NCBI GenBank assembly: GCA_034189385.1
Contig: JAXHVD010000023.1
Span: 1 to 64,000, forward strand
Source: Thermodesulfobacteriota bacterium
Lineage (GTDB): Bacteria; Desulfobacterota; Desulfobacteria; Desulfobacterales; C00003060
Reading direction: 5' to 3'
Length of the DNA stretch: 64,000 nt
The notes beneath the pieces are model-generated. The model was not told the DNA's origin, ran no database searches, and saw only the letters and a program-made list of their open reading frames with translations. Shown piece after piece: positions 1 to 10,455 of the stretch. Each line of letters starts with the position of its first letter. Position 1 is the first letter of the stretch. The translations under genes were made by a program, and so were the position numbers.

Positions 1-38
1 TGTGAATCCACTCCATGATCTTGCCCATCTATCATCAT
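1..38 (-). CDS. 5' end of a gene running off the left edge of the window (MMIDGQDHGVDS...), product unknown
   Basis: GGAGGTG Shine-Dalgarno directly before ATG-ATG at 38/35 on the minus strand; frame is open to position 1. Confidence 0.45.
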   Translation of the reverse strand, partial: MMIDGQDHGVDS

Positions 39-343
39 CGCACCTCCTCAAAAAAAGAATCAGTGCTCAACATGACACGCATCCATGGGCTTGTGAAGAT
101 GGGGTTGGTTGGACGCTTACACATCGTCTTCTATCCCTTGCCAACCATGACAAGCCCACAAGGAATCGCTGAACCATCATTGGGAAAAATGCCCAATCAC
201 CGTGTCCGCGCTGTGAAAAAACGGCTTGCAGCCCAGTTTTTGGGGTGAACCAAGAACGGGACAAAAACCTGGCAGGTGCTCAAAAGGAGACGGTACAGTC
301 TTTGTGGGTCTACGTCTACCCTCCACCAAGGGGCAAAATTAAA

Positions 344-372
344 TTTACTTATATACAATTATATGATATCAT
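344..372 (+). promoter_or_regulatory. Putative sigma70 promoter for the 441 gene
   Basis: TTTACT-17 bp-TATCAT with an extended -10 TG, in an AT-rich patch. Confidence 0.5.
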
Positions 373-440
373 AAAAAAATGAAACTGCTGCTGACTTCTT
401 TTGACAAAAAAAGAGCCAGGGCACAGGGAGTAGGTCGGAA

Positions 441-1085
441 ATGAAGAAGGCCTTTTTCGTACTCATAGCCTTTGCGTTCCTGATCCCCTCACACGAGAAG
501 GCAGGGGCCTGCGAACCTCTTCTGATTCACGATGCCAGTTCCCAGGTAACCTATGACAGTCTTACTGGGCGGTATTGGTACTACGACCTCGTAAGATTTA
601 CGAACATGAGCTATGATCAACAGATGGCAGAGATTAGAACCATACAGGTAGACGGCTTCCCAGGCCGTTGGCATATGGCTACCTATGAAGAGATGGAGGA
701 ATTGTGGTACCACAGCGCTGAGACGATTTTTTCCAGTTTTGCCCTCACCAGGGACGACCCTTCCCATCACCAGCAGTACGCCGACGGCAGGTATGATGAA
801 CGTCACCCCCAACAGGCCCAGGCCCATTTCTTTGCCGAGGTCCGCCTCATAGATGGGACCACCTATGAAAAATCACAACTAAATCACAACATACATCCAG
901 ATAGCGCTGGCGTTGATGTATTGGGGGCGTGGGTGATATACGAAGATTCCTCTGGAGGACCAGGATCTCCGGCAGGCAAAGCACTGCCTGCCATCATGCT
1001 GCTGCTCTCAGACCCTGAGGGTTCCAGAGATCCCTATTGGGCTAGTTCGGTAAATCGGAGGTCTTCCTATAAGACCGCGAACTGA
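441..1085 (+). CDS. Secreted hypothetical protein with a DxxTGxxW...WxxxTxxE segment (DUF1566/Lcl-like) and a C-terminal LPAIMLLL hydrophobic patch
   Basis: Signal peptide MKKAFFVLIAFAFL; RBS; YDSLTGRYW and WHMATYEEM motifs. Confidence 0.6.
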   Translation: MKKAFFVLIAFAFLIPSHEKAGACEPLLIHDASSQVTYDSLTGRYWYYDLVRFTNMSYDQQMAEIRTIQVDGFPGRWHMATYEEMEELWYHSAETIFSSFALTRDDPSHHQQYADGRYDERHPQQAQAHFFAEVRLIDGTTYEKSQLNHNIHPDSAGVDVLGAWVIYEDSSGGPGSPAGKALPAIMLLLSDPEGSRDPYWASSVNRRSSYKTAN

Positions 1086-1134
1086 TAGGGCCTTTTCGAC
1101 CTGGCCCCGCGCCGCAATGCCCCCCAAAGGTCTA

Positions 1135-1953
1135 TCATAGACTCCCCTTGACCCTGATGGTTTGACCTACCGTAGCCTTGAAATAGGTCCGGGCATCTTG
1201 CTGGTTTACGGCGATTTCAAGAAGGTTGCGACTGCCCATGACGCAGATCGCCCCCCCCTTCTTGACCGAGTCGTAGGACGTTGAAAGCCCCTGGATAGTG
1301 GACCTTCCAAGGCGGATGACAAGATCCGCCCACGCCCCTTCCCCTTTAAACCTTTCCAAGGTTTGCGCATCAATGTTGGTGACAAGATTTCCGAAATGAT
1401 CTATCGATAGGACCCTTCCCACCAGCTCCCCGAGGGACGAAAGATAAGGGGTGGGGATGTCAAGGGTGGTCACGTCAGCGACTGCGACTTCTTCTCCCAG
1501 GCTGGGCATGGGAGCCCCCCTTGAAAGGTGGGCGGCCACCGGGGCAAGGATATCGCGGCCGTGGAAGGTGCTGCTAACTGGTTTTAGAAAGTACGTTTCA
1601 TTGGTTACAGTAAAGACGCCATCGACCTTTCCGCCTTCCATGACGAGGCTCAACACCCCGTTGTCTGGGGCAACAAAAAAGCGGCCTTCTTTTTTGATAC
1701 AGATGATCCTTCTCTTTCCGCCCACACCTGGATCCACGACGATCACGTGAATGGAGCCTTTCGGAAAATACCGAAAGGACGTCTTGATGACCAGGGCGGC
1801 CTCCGTGATGGCGTGTCTGGATATGTTGTGCGTGATATCAACTAGTTGAACCCTGCTGTTAATGGAGAGAATGACGCCCTTCATGACGCCCACGTACTCA
1901 TCCTGGAGGCCAAAGTCGCTGAGCAGGGTGATGATCGGGATTGCCTTTGTCAT
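1135..1953 (-). CDS. SAM hydroxide adenosyltransferase / SAM-dependent chlorinase-fluorinase family (DUF62)
   Basis: Motifs TLLSDFG, VVDPGVG, PDNG, STFHGRD, IDHFGN. Confidence 0.9.
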   Translation of the reverse strand: MTKAIPIITLLSDFGLQDEYVGVMKGVILSINSRVQLVDITHNISRHAITEAALVIKTSFRYFPKGSIHVIVVDPGVGGKRRIICIKKEGRFFVAPDNGVLSLVMEGGKVDGVFTVTNETYFLKPVSSTFHGRDILAPVAAHLSRGAPMPSLGEEVAVADVTTLDIPTPYLSSLGELVGRVLSIDHFGNLVTNIDAQTLERFKGEGAWADLVIRLGRSTIQGLSTSYDSVKKGGAICVMGSRNLLEIAVNQQDARTYFKATVGQTIRVKGSL

Positions 1954-1984
1954 AGGAGCCAGCCTTCAAGACAACTTTCAGGGT

Positions 1985-3031
1985 TTACTTGAAAAGCCCC
2001 TGTTGCATGGAGAGGCCAAAATGCCGAAAGGCTTTTTCCGTGACCTTCCGCCCTGACGATGTGCGGGTCAGAAAACCGGTCTTGAGCAGATAGGGCTCTA
2101 CCACATCTACCAATGTATCAGACTCTTCATGAAGGGTGGCTGCAATGGCCTCGATCCCCACAGGCCCACCTTTGTAAAAGTCGATAATGGCCTTTAAGAA
2201 CTTCCTGTCCAGGATGGTGAGGCCCTTTTCGTCCACGCCCTCCAGGGCCAGGGCTTCGCAGACCGTGTCTTTGTGGGCGACGCCGTCGCCCCTGACCTGG
2301 GCAAAGTCTCTGACCCTTTTTAAGAGGCGGTTCACGATCCGCGGTGTCCCCCTGGCTCTGCGGGCGATTTCATACGAGCCTTCTGCTTCTACCGTAAAGT
2401 CCAAAAGAGCGGCCGAGCGCTTTGCAATGCGAACCAAATCCTCATCAGCGTAAAAATCGAGAGTCCTGAAGATGCCAAAGCGTTCACGCAGGGGGGCGGA
2501 GAGCAACCCGGCTCTTGTGGTGGCCCCGACCAGGACAAAACGGGCCAGGCGGTACCGATGGCTCCTGGCATGAACCCCCTTGTCAAAAATGAAGTCCACG
2601 GCAAAGTCCTCCATGGCTGGATAGAGAAATTCCTCAACCACTCTAGGCAGCCGGTGGATCTCGTCGATAAACAGGACGTCCCCTTCTTCCAGGTGGGTCA
2701 AGATGCCCAACAGATCACCGCCCTTCTCAAGGGCCGGACCGCTGGTAACGGTGATACTGACGCCCATCTCCTGGGCAATGATGTGGGCCAGGGTTGTCTT
2801 GCCGAGACCTGGGGGGCCATGAAAGAGGATGTGATCGGGAGGTTCTTTTCGCTTCAAGGCCGCCTGAATGGCAATAGAAAGGGTCTCTACGACCTCGCCT
2901 TGCCCTATGTATTCATCTAGGGTTTTTGGCCTGAGGCTCACATAGTCTGACGTCTCTCCGGCCGGCCCTTCCTTCTCGGAAAGAAAATGGCCGTTTCCCA
3001 CATTAACTGTTTGTGACTTCTCTCCCGCCAT
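1985..3031 (-). CDS. ruvB: Holliday junction branch migration helicase RuvB
   Basis: [12 protein letters not shown], Walker [29 protein letters not shown]. Confidence 0.97.
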   Translation of the reverse strand: MAGEKSQTVNVGNGHFLSEKEGPAGETSDYVSLRPKTLDEYIGQGEVVETLSIAIQAALKRKEPPDHILFHGPPGLGKTTLAHIIAQEMGVSITVTSGPALEKGGDLLGILTHLEEGDVLFIDEIHRLPRVVEEFLYPAMEDFAVDFIFDKGVHARSHRYRLARFVLVGATTRAGLLSAPLRERFGIFRTLDFYADEDLVRIAKRSAALLDFTVEAEGSYEIARRARGTPRIVNRLLKRVRDFAQVRGDGVAHKDTVCEALALEGVDEKGLTILDRKFLKAIIDFYKGGPVGIEAIAATLHEESDTLVDVVEPYLLKTGFLTRTSSGRKVTEKAFRHFGLSMQQGLFK

Positions 3032-3648
3032 CAGAAGGCTTCTCCGCGGTAGACCTCTTCAAAGAGCTCTTCTGCCGTGGAAATAGTGCTGTTCCTCTTT
3101 AGGGCCTCTGTGATCATCACCTTGGCCTCCCTGACCTTATGGCCCAACTGCTTGACCAAGACCTCCTGGACCTGTTTGGTGAAGTCCTCCACCTCCATGG
3201 CCTCGACAGGCCTGTCAGGGGATCGGATCAAGGCAAACTTGGCCACCTTTCCTTCCAGGGTGGCCAAGATCTTCTGGGCTGTTCGGTTGCCGATCCCTTT
3301 GAGGCGTTTCAGATAGGCCACGTCCCTGGACTCTATGGCCCTGGCAATGTCGCGAACAGGGGCCGTAAGGGCCTGCGCAGCCTTTATGGGTCCAATATCC
3401 TCCACCGATATAAAACGACCGAAAAACTCCCGCTCCACCTCCAGGTTGAAACCTATGAGGATCGGTTTGGGCTGCCGCTCCGTCTGATGATAATAGATGT
3501 ACAAGGAGAGCTCATCACCGGTATTCTTGGAGTCGATCGATTCTCTAACCATGACGGGGAGGAGTATTTCATAGCCCACCTGGTTGGCCAACAGTAGAAT
3601 GCGGTCCTCTTCCTTTCTGAGTAGCTTACCTTCAAGATAACCGATCAC
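3031..3648 (-). CDS. ruvA: Holliday junction DNA-binding protein RuvA
   Basis: MIGYLEG, VGYEI, two HhH motifs ([17 protein letters not shown]); lies between ruvC and ruvB. Confidence 0.93.
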   Translation of the reverse strand: MIGYLEGKLLRKEEDRILLLANQVGYEILLPVMVRESIDSKNTGDELSLYIYYHQTERQPKPILIGFNLEVEREFFGRFISVEDIGPIKAAQALTAPVRDIARAIESRDVAYLKRLKGIGNRTAQKILATLEGKVAKFALIRSPDRPVEAMEVEDFTKQVQEVLVKQLGHKVREAKVMITEALKRNSTISTAEELFEEVYRGEAF

Positions 3649-3662
3649 CGTGTTGCTCCCCT

Positions 3663-4151
3663 TTATTGGACATGCCTGAGCAGACCCACCAGTGCCAGGG
3701 CGAGGGCGTCGGAGGCATGAGAGGGCGTGATGGCCCTGTCTCTTTTCAAAAAGTGCCGGACCGCTCGTTCCATCTGGGCCTTGTTAGCGTTACCGTTGCC
3801 GGTGAGAACCTGTTTGGCTTCCCGTGCCGGAAGTTCCACACTCTGCAAGCCCGTCTGAGCCCCGGCCACCAGAATGACACCAGAAACCTTGCCAAGGGCA
3901 ATACCCGATTTGGGGTATTGCTTCAAGGAAAAGACATCCTCGATGACCATGAGGTTGGGTCTTTCGGCGTTCAGGATAGAAGAGAGCTCGGAAAAAATGC
4001 GATTGAGTCGAATGGCCAAGGATTCGGCCTTGTGGGTTCGAATCGTGCCGAAGGTATATCGCTCTATTCGGGAACCAGCACCCTCCACGATCCCAAAACC
4101 GGTATTTGCCAAACCGGGATCTATGCCGATAACCTTGAGTGGGGATTTCAA
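3663..4151 (-). CDS. ruvC: Crossover junction endodeoxyribonuclease RuvC
   Basis: IGIDPGLANTGFG, IEDVF, GNGNANKAQM, HASDALALA. Confidence 0.95.
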   Translation of the reverse strand: MKSPLKVIGIDPGLANTGFGIVEGAGSRIERYTFGTIRTHKAESLAIRLNRIFSELSSILNAERPNLMVIEDVFSLKQYPKSGIALGKVSGVILVAGAQTGLQSVELPAREAKQVLTGNGNANKAQMERAVRHFLKRDRAITPSHASDALALALVGLLRHVQ

Positions 4152-4181
4152 GGGTTGTATTTTATATTCGCAGATTATCTG

Positions 4182-5072
4182 TTACGGAAATGTCTTTAGT
4201 TTCTTCTGGGCGATTTTTGCCTCATTGGACTCCGGGTATTTGCGCACCAGTTCCCTCAGGATAAGCTTGGCATTATCCGTATCGCCCAGGTTCGAGAACG
4301 CGAACCCCTGCTTGAGAAGGGCACTGGGCACCTTGTTCCCTTTGGGGTGGTCTTCAATCACCTTCTGGTATTCCAGGATGGCCTTTTCGTACCACTTGTC
4401 TCTGTAATAGACCTCCCCAATCCAGAATCGAGCACTGTCTGCCTTTTCGGATTTGGGGTATCTCTGCACGAATGCCTGAAACAAGCGCCTAGCCTCCTCA
4501 TAGGCCCCCTGGTCAAAGCTCTGCTTGGCGTCCTTGTAGAGCTCGTCAGGTGTCTTGTTGTCACCAGCATCTTTTTGGCCCTGTTTGGTCTCCCCTTGTC
4601 CTGAAGAGACCGATTTCTCAGACCGCTCCATGCCCAGGTATTGTTCCAATCGAACAATGCGATCCAAATTAATTTGGGCCTCCCTTGCCCGGCCATTTGA
4701 CTGGTCTTCCTGTTTGCCCTTCCACTCGGCCAACCCATCCAAGCTCTGCTGGATCTCGTGTCTGTTCTCTTCCATTCGGCCGCCAAGTTCCTGGATCTCT
4801 TCCCTAAGGTCCTGCATGAGAGCGTTCAGTTCAGCGTGCTTGGTCCGATACACGTCGTCAAATTGCTCCTGTCCTTGGCGGCATTTCTCTATTTCAGAAC
4901 GAAGGGCATCCCTGTCGGCGGCAGCCTCTCTGTTCTCTGTCACGACCTTCCGTTTCAGGGCCACAAATCGTGTGTTGACCACCGCCACATCTTCTTGCAT
5001 GGCGCAGCCGACGACAACCATGAAAAGGGTGGAAATCAGCACTGCCCTACCGGTCACGATTCTAACATTCAT
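4182..5072 (-). CDS. cpoB: Tol-Pal associated coiled-coil/TPR protein CpoB (YbgF); start probably ATG 5072
   Basis: Lipoprotein-like signal (VVGC), coiled coil, C-terminal TPRs; follows pal. Confidence 0.88.
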   Translation of the reverse strand: MNVRIVTGRAVLISTLFMVVVGCAMQEDVAVVNTRFVALKRKVVTENREAAADRDALRSEIEKCRQGQEQFDDVYRTKHAELNALMQDLREEIQELGGRMEENRHEIQQSLDGLAEWKGKQEDQSNGRAREAQINLDRIVRLEQYLGMERSEKSVSSGQGETKQGQKDAGDNKTPDELYKDAKQSFDQGAYEEARRLFQAFVQRYPKSEKADSARFWIGEVYYRDKWYEKAILEYQKVIEDHPKGNKVPSALLKQGFAFSNLGDTDNAKLILRELVRKYPESNEAKIAQKKLKTFP

Positions 5073-5257
5073 GATGGCCCCCTCAAGACCCTTCACGGCC
5101 GGTCCCGAAGCTCTGAGACCTTTGCACAACACCTTGCTCCCTTTTTCCTATAACGTTGGTGACCATTCAATGGGGTTTCTCAATATGAAAAGCGCTCCAC
5201 CCCCCAGAGCCTTTTGCCGGCCCAAAGGTTCTTGGATGCCCTACCCCCTGATGGAGT

Positions 5258-5854
5258 CTATTGTATCACGAATTGTGCCCGTCTGTTCTTGGCCCAGGCC
5301 CTCTCGCTGTGACCAGGATCAATCGGTTTTTCCTCTCCGAAGCTGACCGTGGTCAGGCCCTTTGGCTCCACACCAAGATCGACCAGATAGGTCATGACGC
5401 TTTGAGCCCGTCGGTCCCCAAGGGCTAGGTTATACGCTGTCGTTCCCCGTTCATCGCAATGGCCCTCGATAGTCACCTGAACCCCAGGATGGGCCTTCAG
5501 CCATTTTGCATTACGTCTGAGGATCTCCTTTCCTTCTGGAAGGAGCCTTGATCTATCGAACTCAAAGTAAATGTGATCATTTAAGAATCTTGTACGTTCA
5601 GCCCTCTCCTCATGTTCCCTGCGCGATTTGGCCTCCTCGCGCAGCTGCTCTTCACGCAGCCGCTGTTCTTCCATAGCCTTTCGAGCCTTTTCAGCCTCGG
5701 CCATGGCCGCCAGACGTTTGGCCTCAGCTTCCTCTTCACATGGGACCACACCAGGCTCTGATACCACTTGCTTCTTTGCGCAGGAAGCTTGAAACACGAA
5801 CGCGGAGATAACCAGCAGGAGGATTGCCAAACCCACCCAAAAATTCCTTGTCAT
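5258..5854 (-). CDS. pal: Peptidoglycan-associated lipoprotein Pal
   Basis: Lipobox ASC; OmpA domain IYFEFD, IEGHCDERG, YNLALGDRRA, WAKNRRA. Confidence 0.95.
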   Translation of the reverse strand: MTRNFWVGLAILLLVISAFVFQASCAKKQVVSEPGVVPCEEEAEAKRLAAMAEAEKARKAMEEQRLREEQLREEAKSRREHEERAERTRFLNDHIYFEFDRSRLLPEGKEILRRNAKWLKAHPGVQVTIEGHCDERGTTAYNLALGDRRAQSVMTYLVDLGVEPKGLTTVSFGEEKPIDPGHSERAWAKNRRAQFVIQ

Positions 5855-5980
5855 ATGATTTCACCTCCTTTGGAGAAGAACAAAAAGGGGCAGCCACATG
5901 CCATCATTTGATTTTTCATTTCTAATTACTTGAAACTGTGCAAAAAGTCAATGACCAACTTGCACAAATTGAAGGGCCCT

Positions 5981-7318
5981 TTAGTCGCCTGACAGACGTG
6001 GTGACCAGCAAGGGGCTGTCTGCTCACCTCCAAGGGTGAGCAGGGGTCGTTGATTTTCACCATTTGCATTCATGACAAAAATGGCGGAGCGTCCTAATCT
6101 GGTAGAACTGAAGGCGATGAGGCTGCCGTCTGGTGACCACGTTGGAGACTCGTTTTGTCCGGCTTCTTGGGTGAGTTGAATCGGGCCCCTTCCGTCTGGG
6201 CTGATGAGATAGATGTCCATATGGCCGAGCTCACCAAGCCCAGTGTAGGCGATGTAGTCGCCCACTGGCGACCATCGGGGACAGGTGTTGTATTTGCCTT
6301 GAAAGGTGAGCCTCCTGGGCTTTCCATCCTTGCTGTTCTGAATATAGAGTTGGGGGCTGCCTGACCGGTTGGAAACAAAGGCAAGCGCCTGGCCGTCCGG
6401 GGACCAGGAGGGGGAGACATCAATGCCCCAATATTTAGTCAACCTTTTGATCATTTTTCCTTTTCCTGAAAGTAGATAGAGATTTGGATTGCCCTCGTAA
6501 GATAGAGATGCTGCCAGGGCGAACTTCCCGGGCATCCATGCCGGCGTCATGCTTGAGCCCTTAAAAGAGAGGACCGTGCCCTGTTTCTCTTTGATGTTTC
6601 TCACATAGATGTCTGGTTTGCCGTTTCGGTAGTCTGTATAGGCGAGCCAGTGGCCATCTGTGGACCAGGCTGGAGAGAGAGTGATGGTTTCAGTATTGGT
6701 GAACTGAGTGGGATCGTGGCCATCAAAATCGGCGATGTAGATCTCTTTATGGCCTGTGGTGGTGGAGATAAATGCGATCTGTGTATCAAAGATCCCCTCA
6801 TGGCCAGTGAGAGCGTGGACAATCTCATTGCAGAACCGACGGATCATCCGACGGTGGTCCTTGAGCTTGCCTGTGTACCGCTTGCCAATAATGAGATGGC
6901 CGCCAAAGGTATCAAAGAGGCGAAGCTCTACTTTAAGACGGTCTTTCTGATAGGCAAATCCGCCTTTAACCAGGAGTTCAGCACCTACCACCGTCCAGTC
7001 TTTGAAATGGATCGCGCTGTCCGTAAGGGTGGCCACCTGAGGGTCTTCCAGAAAGCTTTCGCGGTCTAGAATTTTAAAAAAGCCTGTAAAATCAATTGTT
7101 TCTGAAAGGAGATCGGCAAGCTTTTGGGTCAAGTCCTCCTCTTTGTTCCCAGAACCCAGGTCCTGAAACAGAGGCACGGCCGTGGGGATCTTACGCAGGT
7201 AAGGAGCTGTAATGTCGAGGTATACACGTCCCTGGCAAGGGGTGCCTGAACCGGTCAACATCCCCAGCAAGAGGACCAGTATGGCTGTTTGACGAATGGA
7301 CCAGCAGGGCCTTCCCAT
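5981..7318 (-). CDS. tolB: Tol-Pal beta-propeller protein TolB
   Basis: TolB N domain plus repeated SPxWSPDG (PD40) motifs. Confidence 0.95.
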   Translation of the reverse strand: MGRPCWSIRQTAILVLLLGMLTGSGTPCQGRVYLDITAPYLRKIPTAVPLFQDLGSGNKEEDLTQKLADLLSETIDFTGFFKILDRESFLEDPQVATLTDSAIHFKDWTVVGAELLVKGGFAYQKDRLKVELRLFDTFGGHLIIGKRYTGKLKDHRRMIRRFCNEIVHALTGHEGIFDTQIAFISTTTGHKEIYIADFDGHDPTQFTNTETITLSPAWSTDGHWLAYTDYRNGKPDIYVRNIKEKQGTVLSFKGSSMTPAWMPGKFALAASLSYEGNPNLYLLSGKGKMIKRLTKYWGIDVSPSWSPDGQALAFVSNRSGSPQLYIQNSKDGKPRRLTFQGKYNTCPRWSPVGDYIAYTGLGELGHMDIYLISPDGRGPIQLTQEAGQNESPTWSPDGSLIAFSSTRLGRSAIFVMNANGENQRPLLTLGGEQTAPCWSPRLSGD

Positions 7319-7325
7319 AATGGGC

Positions 7326-8201
7326 TTATGGCCTCCTTTTCATTTCCGAAGGGTTGAACCTGAAGCCTATCTCATAGTATGGATGCAGGAACCCCTTGGG
7401 CAGGGGCGGTAAAGGATCAGATTTCTTCACTGCCTTGACGGCAGAGGCATCAAAATACTTACTTCCCGAGCGCTTTTCAAACCAGATATCTTGTATCTCA
7501 CCATTTTTCATGATCTTCATGATGATGACTGCTTCTGGATTTGACGCATCTGTATCCAATTTTTCTGAATAGGCCCAGTTTTTTCTGATCCTGTCCCATA
7601 TTTCGGCATGATAAATATCAAGAAGGTCTAAGGTCTTCTTGCTCATGCCAGTTTTTCTCCCTTTACCACCTGCCTGAACGCCGGAGGCTCCCCTCTTGAC
7701 TTGCTCCTCCAGTTTGTCAATGGCTTGAACCACAGGGCGAGGCCTTGACCTATCGGCCCGCTTTTCTATTTTGGCAATGGCCTTTGTGATCACCTTTGAC
7801 ACATCATAACTCTTTTTTTTCAGAGATCTTTTGACCTGCAACGGCTTAGGGGCCACGGATACCGTTTCTTTGGGTGGAGAGGCCGAAACGACCGCTGATT
7901 CCTCTTTAGACCGGATCGGTTCAGTTTTTTGGGAGGGGGCCGTCTTGACCATCTCAGCAGGTGGCGTCACCGTTGCGGGAGTCTGGCCTTGAGGTGAAGG
8001 CCCCTGGGGCTCGAGCTCGGCCTCAGGCAGGCTCACCAAGTCCACCTCAACAGTGGTGGGCAGGTGGCGGGGTGTAAACCGTAACTCGGGCAAAAACACC
8101 ATCCCCGATAACAACAGGGCATGACAAAGCATGGAAAGGAAGATCATTCTGATCCATGCTCGATCTCTGTCATCCATCTGGTTCAATGCCGTGACAAGCA
8201 T
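7326..8201 (-). CDS. tolA: TolA / TonB C-terminal domain protein
   Basis: N-terminal TM helix with SxxxH (SMLCH), Pro/Lys-rich linker, KRSGSKYFDASAVKAV; lies between tolR and tolB. Confidence 0.85.
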   Translation of the reverse strand: MLVTALNQMDDRDRAWIRMIFLSMLCHALLLSGMVFLPELRFTPRHLPTTVEVDLVSLPEAELEPQGPSPQGQTPATVTPPAEMVKTAPSQKTEPIRSKEESAVVSASPPKETVSVAPKPLQVKRSLKKKSYDVSKVITKAIAKIEKRADRSRPRPVVQAIDKLEEQVKRGASGVQAGGKGRKTGMSKKTLDLLDIYHAEIWDRIRKNWAYSEKLDTDASNPEAVIIMKIMKNGEIQDIWFEKRSGSKYFDASAVKAVKKSDPLPPLPKGFLHPYYEIGFRFNPSEMKRRP

Positions 8202-8293
8202 GCATTCAACTCGTCTGAGTCAACATGTCGGATAGCACAAGATGCGGCCGTCGAACCTGGAGGGGGGACTGGGAAGGTGGACACGGGAGAACA

Positions 8294-8716
8294 TTATCGC
8301 GTCTTGTGCGTCTCTTTTAAGGGCTCTGTGACCATCCCGAGTTTCTCAATGCCAGCCATCTTTACTTCTGAAATCACTCGTACTACAACTCCGTACGGAA
8401 CAGTCCTGTCTGCTCGCAGGTAAACTTTCTGGTCCGCACGGCCCTCCAAGATCTTCTTTATCTTTACCTGAAGGGCTTCCAGTGCCACCTTGTAGTCGTT
8501 GATGTAAATCTGCTGGCTTCCGTCTATGGAAATGGTCAAATGGTCCTTTTCCGCAGGCAGGGGCTTTGAAGTGGTTTGAGGCAATGAGACGTTCACCCCT
8601 TGCATCATCATGGGGGCCGTTACCATAAAAATGATCAGTAGCACCAACATGACATCCACCAAGGGGGTCACATTGATGTCTGACATAAAACGGTCGTGGC
8701 CATTACCCGGACCCAT
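8294..8716 (-). CDS. tolR: TolR
   Basis: INVTPLVDVMLVLLIIFMVTAP; YLRADRTVPYG. Confidence 0.93.
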   Translation of the reverse strand: MGPGNGHDRFMSDINVTPLVDVMLVLLIIFMVTAPMMMQGVNVSLPQTTSKPLPAEKDHLTISIDGSQQIYINDYKVALEALQVKIKKILEGRADQKVYLRADRTVPYGVVVRVISEVKMAGIEKLGMVTEPLKETHKTR

Positions 8717-9446
8717 GCTCCCTGCTTCCCTTTCGTATGATCAACTGCCGTTCGAGCAGGTTTAGAAAATCGGCCGAGAAATTGTGCATTTCTGCCTCCA
8801 AGACACGGACCTTGTTGCTGAAATAATTGTAGGCCACCACAGCCGGGATGGCAGCAGCCAGCCCCGCGGCCGTGGCTATCAATGCCTCAGAAATGCCTGG
8901 TGCCACCACCGCCAAACTGGCAGAGCCCATGAGGCCGATGCCCCGAAAGGCGTTCATGATCCCCCACACCGTGCCGAAAAGCCCAATGAAAGGCGTGGTA
9001 TTGCCGGTGGTTGCCAAAAACGGCAGAGCCTTTGTCAACGCAGTGAGCTCTGCGTTTACGGCACGGCGAAGTGCCCGCTTAATATTGTCCACCGTTGCCA
9101 CGTCATGGTTGGGTGTGGTCCCTTTTTCCTTTTCAACGTCCAGATGAGGGGACTGCGGCTTGTTTACTTTCTTGAGTTCTCCATAGGCTACACGAAACAC
9201 CCTTGCCAGGGGCGTATACCGGAGCTCTTTGGAGGCCGAAAAGGCCTTGGACAGACTGGCCCGCGACCAGAAGAGGTCCAGAAATCGCACGGACTCTTTC
9301 TGGGCCTTTCTGATGAGGCGGTACTTGGTAAATATGATGGCCCAAGAGGTCACGGAAAAAAATAGGAGAAGAAGAAGAACAAAACGGACCATTGGCCCGG
9401 ATTGCAGAATCATCTGCACTATGTCGCTGCTAGTAAAGATAGGCAT
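8703..9446 (-). CDS. tolQ: TolQ; start probably ATG 9446 rather than 9566
   Basis: FLATTGNTTPFIGLFGTVWGIM, VAPGISEALIATAAGL. Confidence 0.93.
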   Translation of the reverse strand: MPIFTSSDIVQMILQSGPMVRFVLLLLLFFSVTSWAIIFTKYRLIRKAQKESVRFLDLFWSRASLSKAFSASKELRYTPLARVFRVAYGELKKVNKPQSPHLDVEKEKGTTPNHDVATVDNIKRALRRAVNAELTALTKALPFLATTGNTTPFIGLFGTVWGIMNAFRGIGLMGSASLAVVAPGISEALIATAAGLAAAIPAVVAYNYFSNKVRVLEAEMHNFSADFLNLLERQLIIRKGSREHGSG

Positions 9447-9879
9447 GGAAGTTATTTGGTCAGGCAACCCGGCTTGGTGGGCAGGCCCCGGAAGCCATTG
9501 AATGAGACAAGCCTGTAACCCTGTACCATGGCCGGACCAACCCCTGCGGGGCCAAAATTTGCCCAAAATTTGCGAGGATAGTTACATAAGGCTTTCCGAG
9601 GTGTCAAGTCAATTTCCGGTTGCCTTCATGGGGCCTATTGTATAGATAATGGTGGTGCTTCAACGAGTGGGGGGTCCTGTGCTTCATAGGCAAGAAACGT
9701 CTTGCCGATTGCTAAGGGGCCCCAGAGAGTGGCCTCCTTGGCAAAGGAAGGTTCTCGCCTTTTTCTCCAAAGGAGACTAATATATTCATATATTTACACA
9801 AATTCAGGCGTGACGGCGTGGGTGCCCGTTGAAGCCTATTTGTGTTTTAGGACGCTCTGGGTAGGAGGCAGCCTCTGAT

Positions 9880-10455
9880 ATGATGAAAGCCATAGCCAAT
9901 TTGCTTTTTGAAGCCAGGATCTTGAAAGAGATCCCGCGATCTGGATTTCATTTCTTGGGGTCAGGCCGCGAATCAGTGGCTGAACATACCTTTCTTACCA
10001 CCTTTGTGGGATATGTGTTGTCCCAGATGCTGCCGGCTGCGGACCCCCTGAAGACAGTCCAGATGTGTTTGATACATGATCTTGGTGAGGCCCGGACCGG
10101 GGACCTGAATTACGTTCAAAAGAAGTATGTCGCCTCAGACGAAGTAAAGGCCATGGCAGACCTCACTGGAAGCGTCCCCTTCGGCCCAGCCATGGGGGAA
10201 CTCTTTGACGCCTTTCGCAAAGGTGAAACCTTGGAAGCTCGGCTTGCTCACGATGCGGACCAACTGGCCCTCATAGTGGAGTTAAAGGCCTTGGGCGACA
10301 CAGGATACAAGGGGCCAGAGACCTGGCTGCCCCACGTCGTTGCGCGACTCCAAACAGACGTTGGCAAAGGCCTGGCAAAAGAGATCTTGAAAACCACTTC
10401 AGACGCGTGGTGGTTGGAGGAAAAGGACAATGGCCCAGCAGGTGATGACACTTGA
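9880..10455 (+). CDS. HD-domain phosphohydrolase (YfbR/HDDC2-like)
   Basis: ESVAEHT, LIHDLGEARTGD, HDADQL. Confidence 0.88.
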   Translation: MMKAIANLLFEARILKEIPRSGFHFLGSGRESVAEHTFLTTFVGYVLSQMLPAADPLKTVQMCLIHDLGEARTGDLNYVQKKYVASDEVKAMADLTGSVPFGPAMGELFDAFRKGETLEARLAHDADQLALIVELKALGDTGYKGPETWLPHVVARLQTDVGKGLAKEILKTTSDAWWLEEKDNGPAGDDT

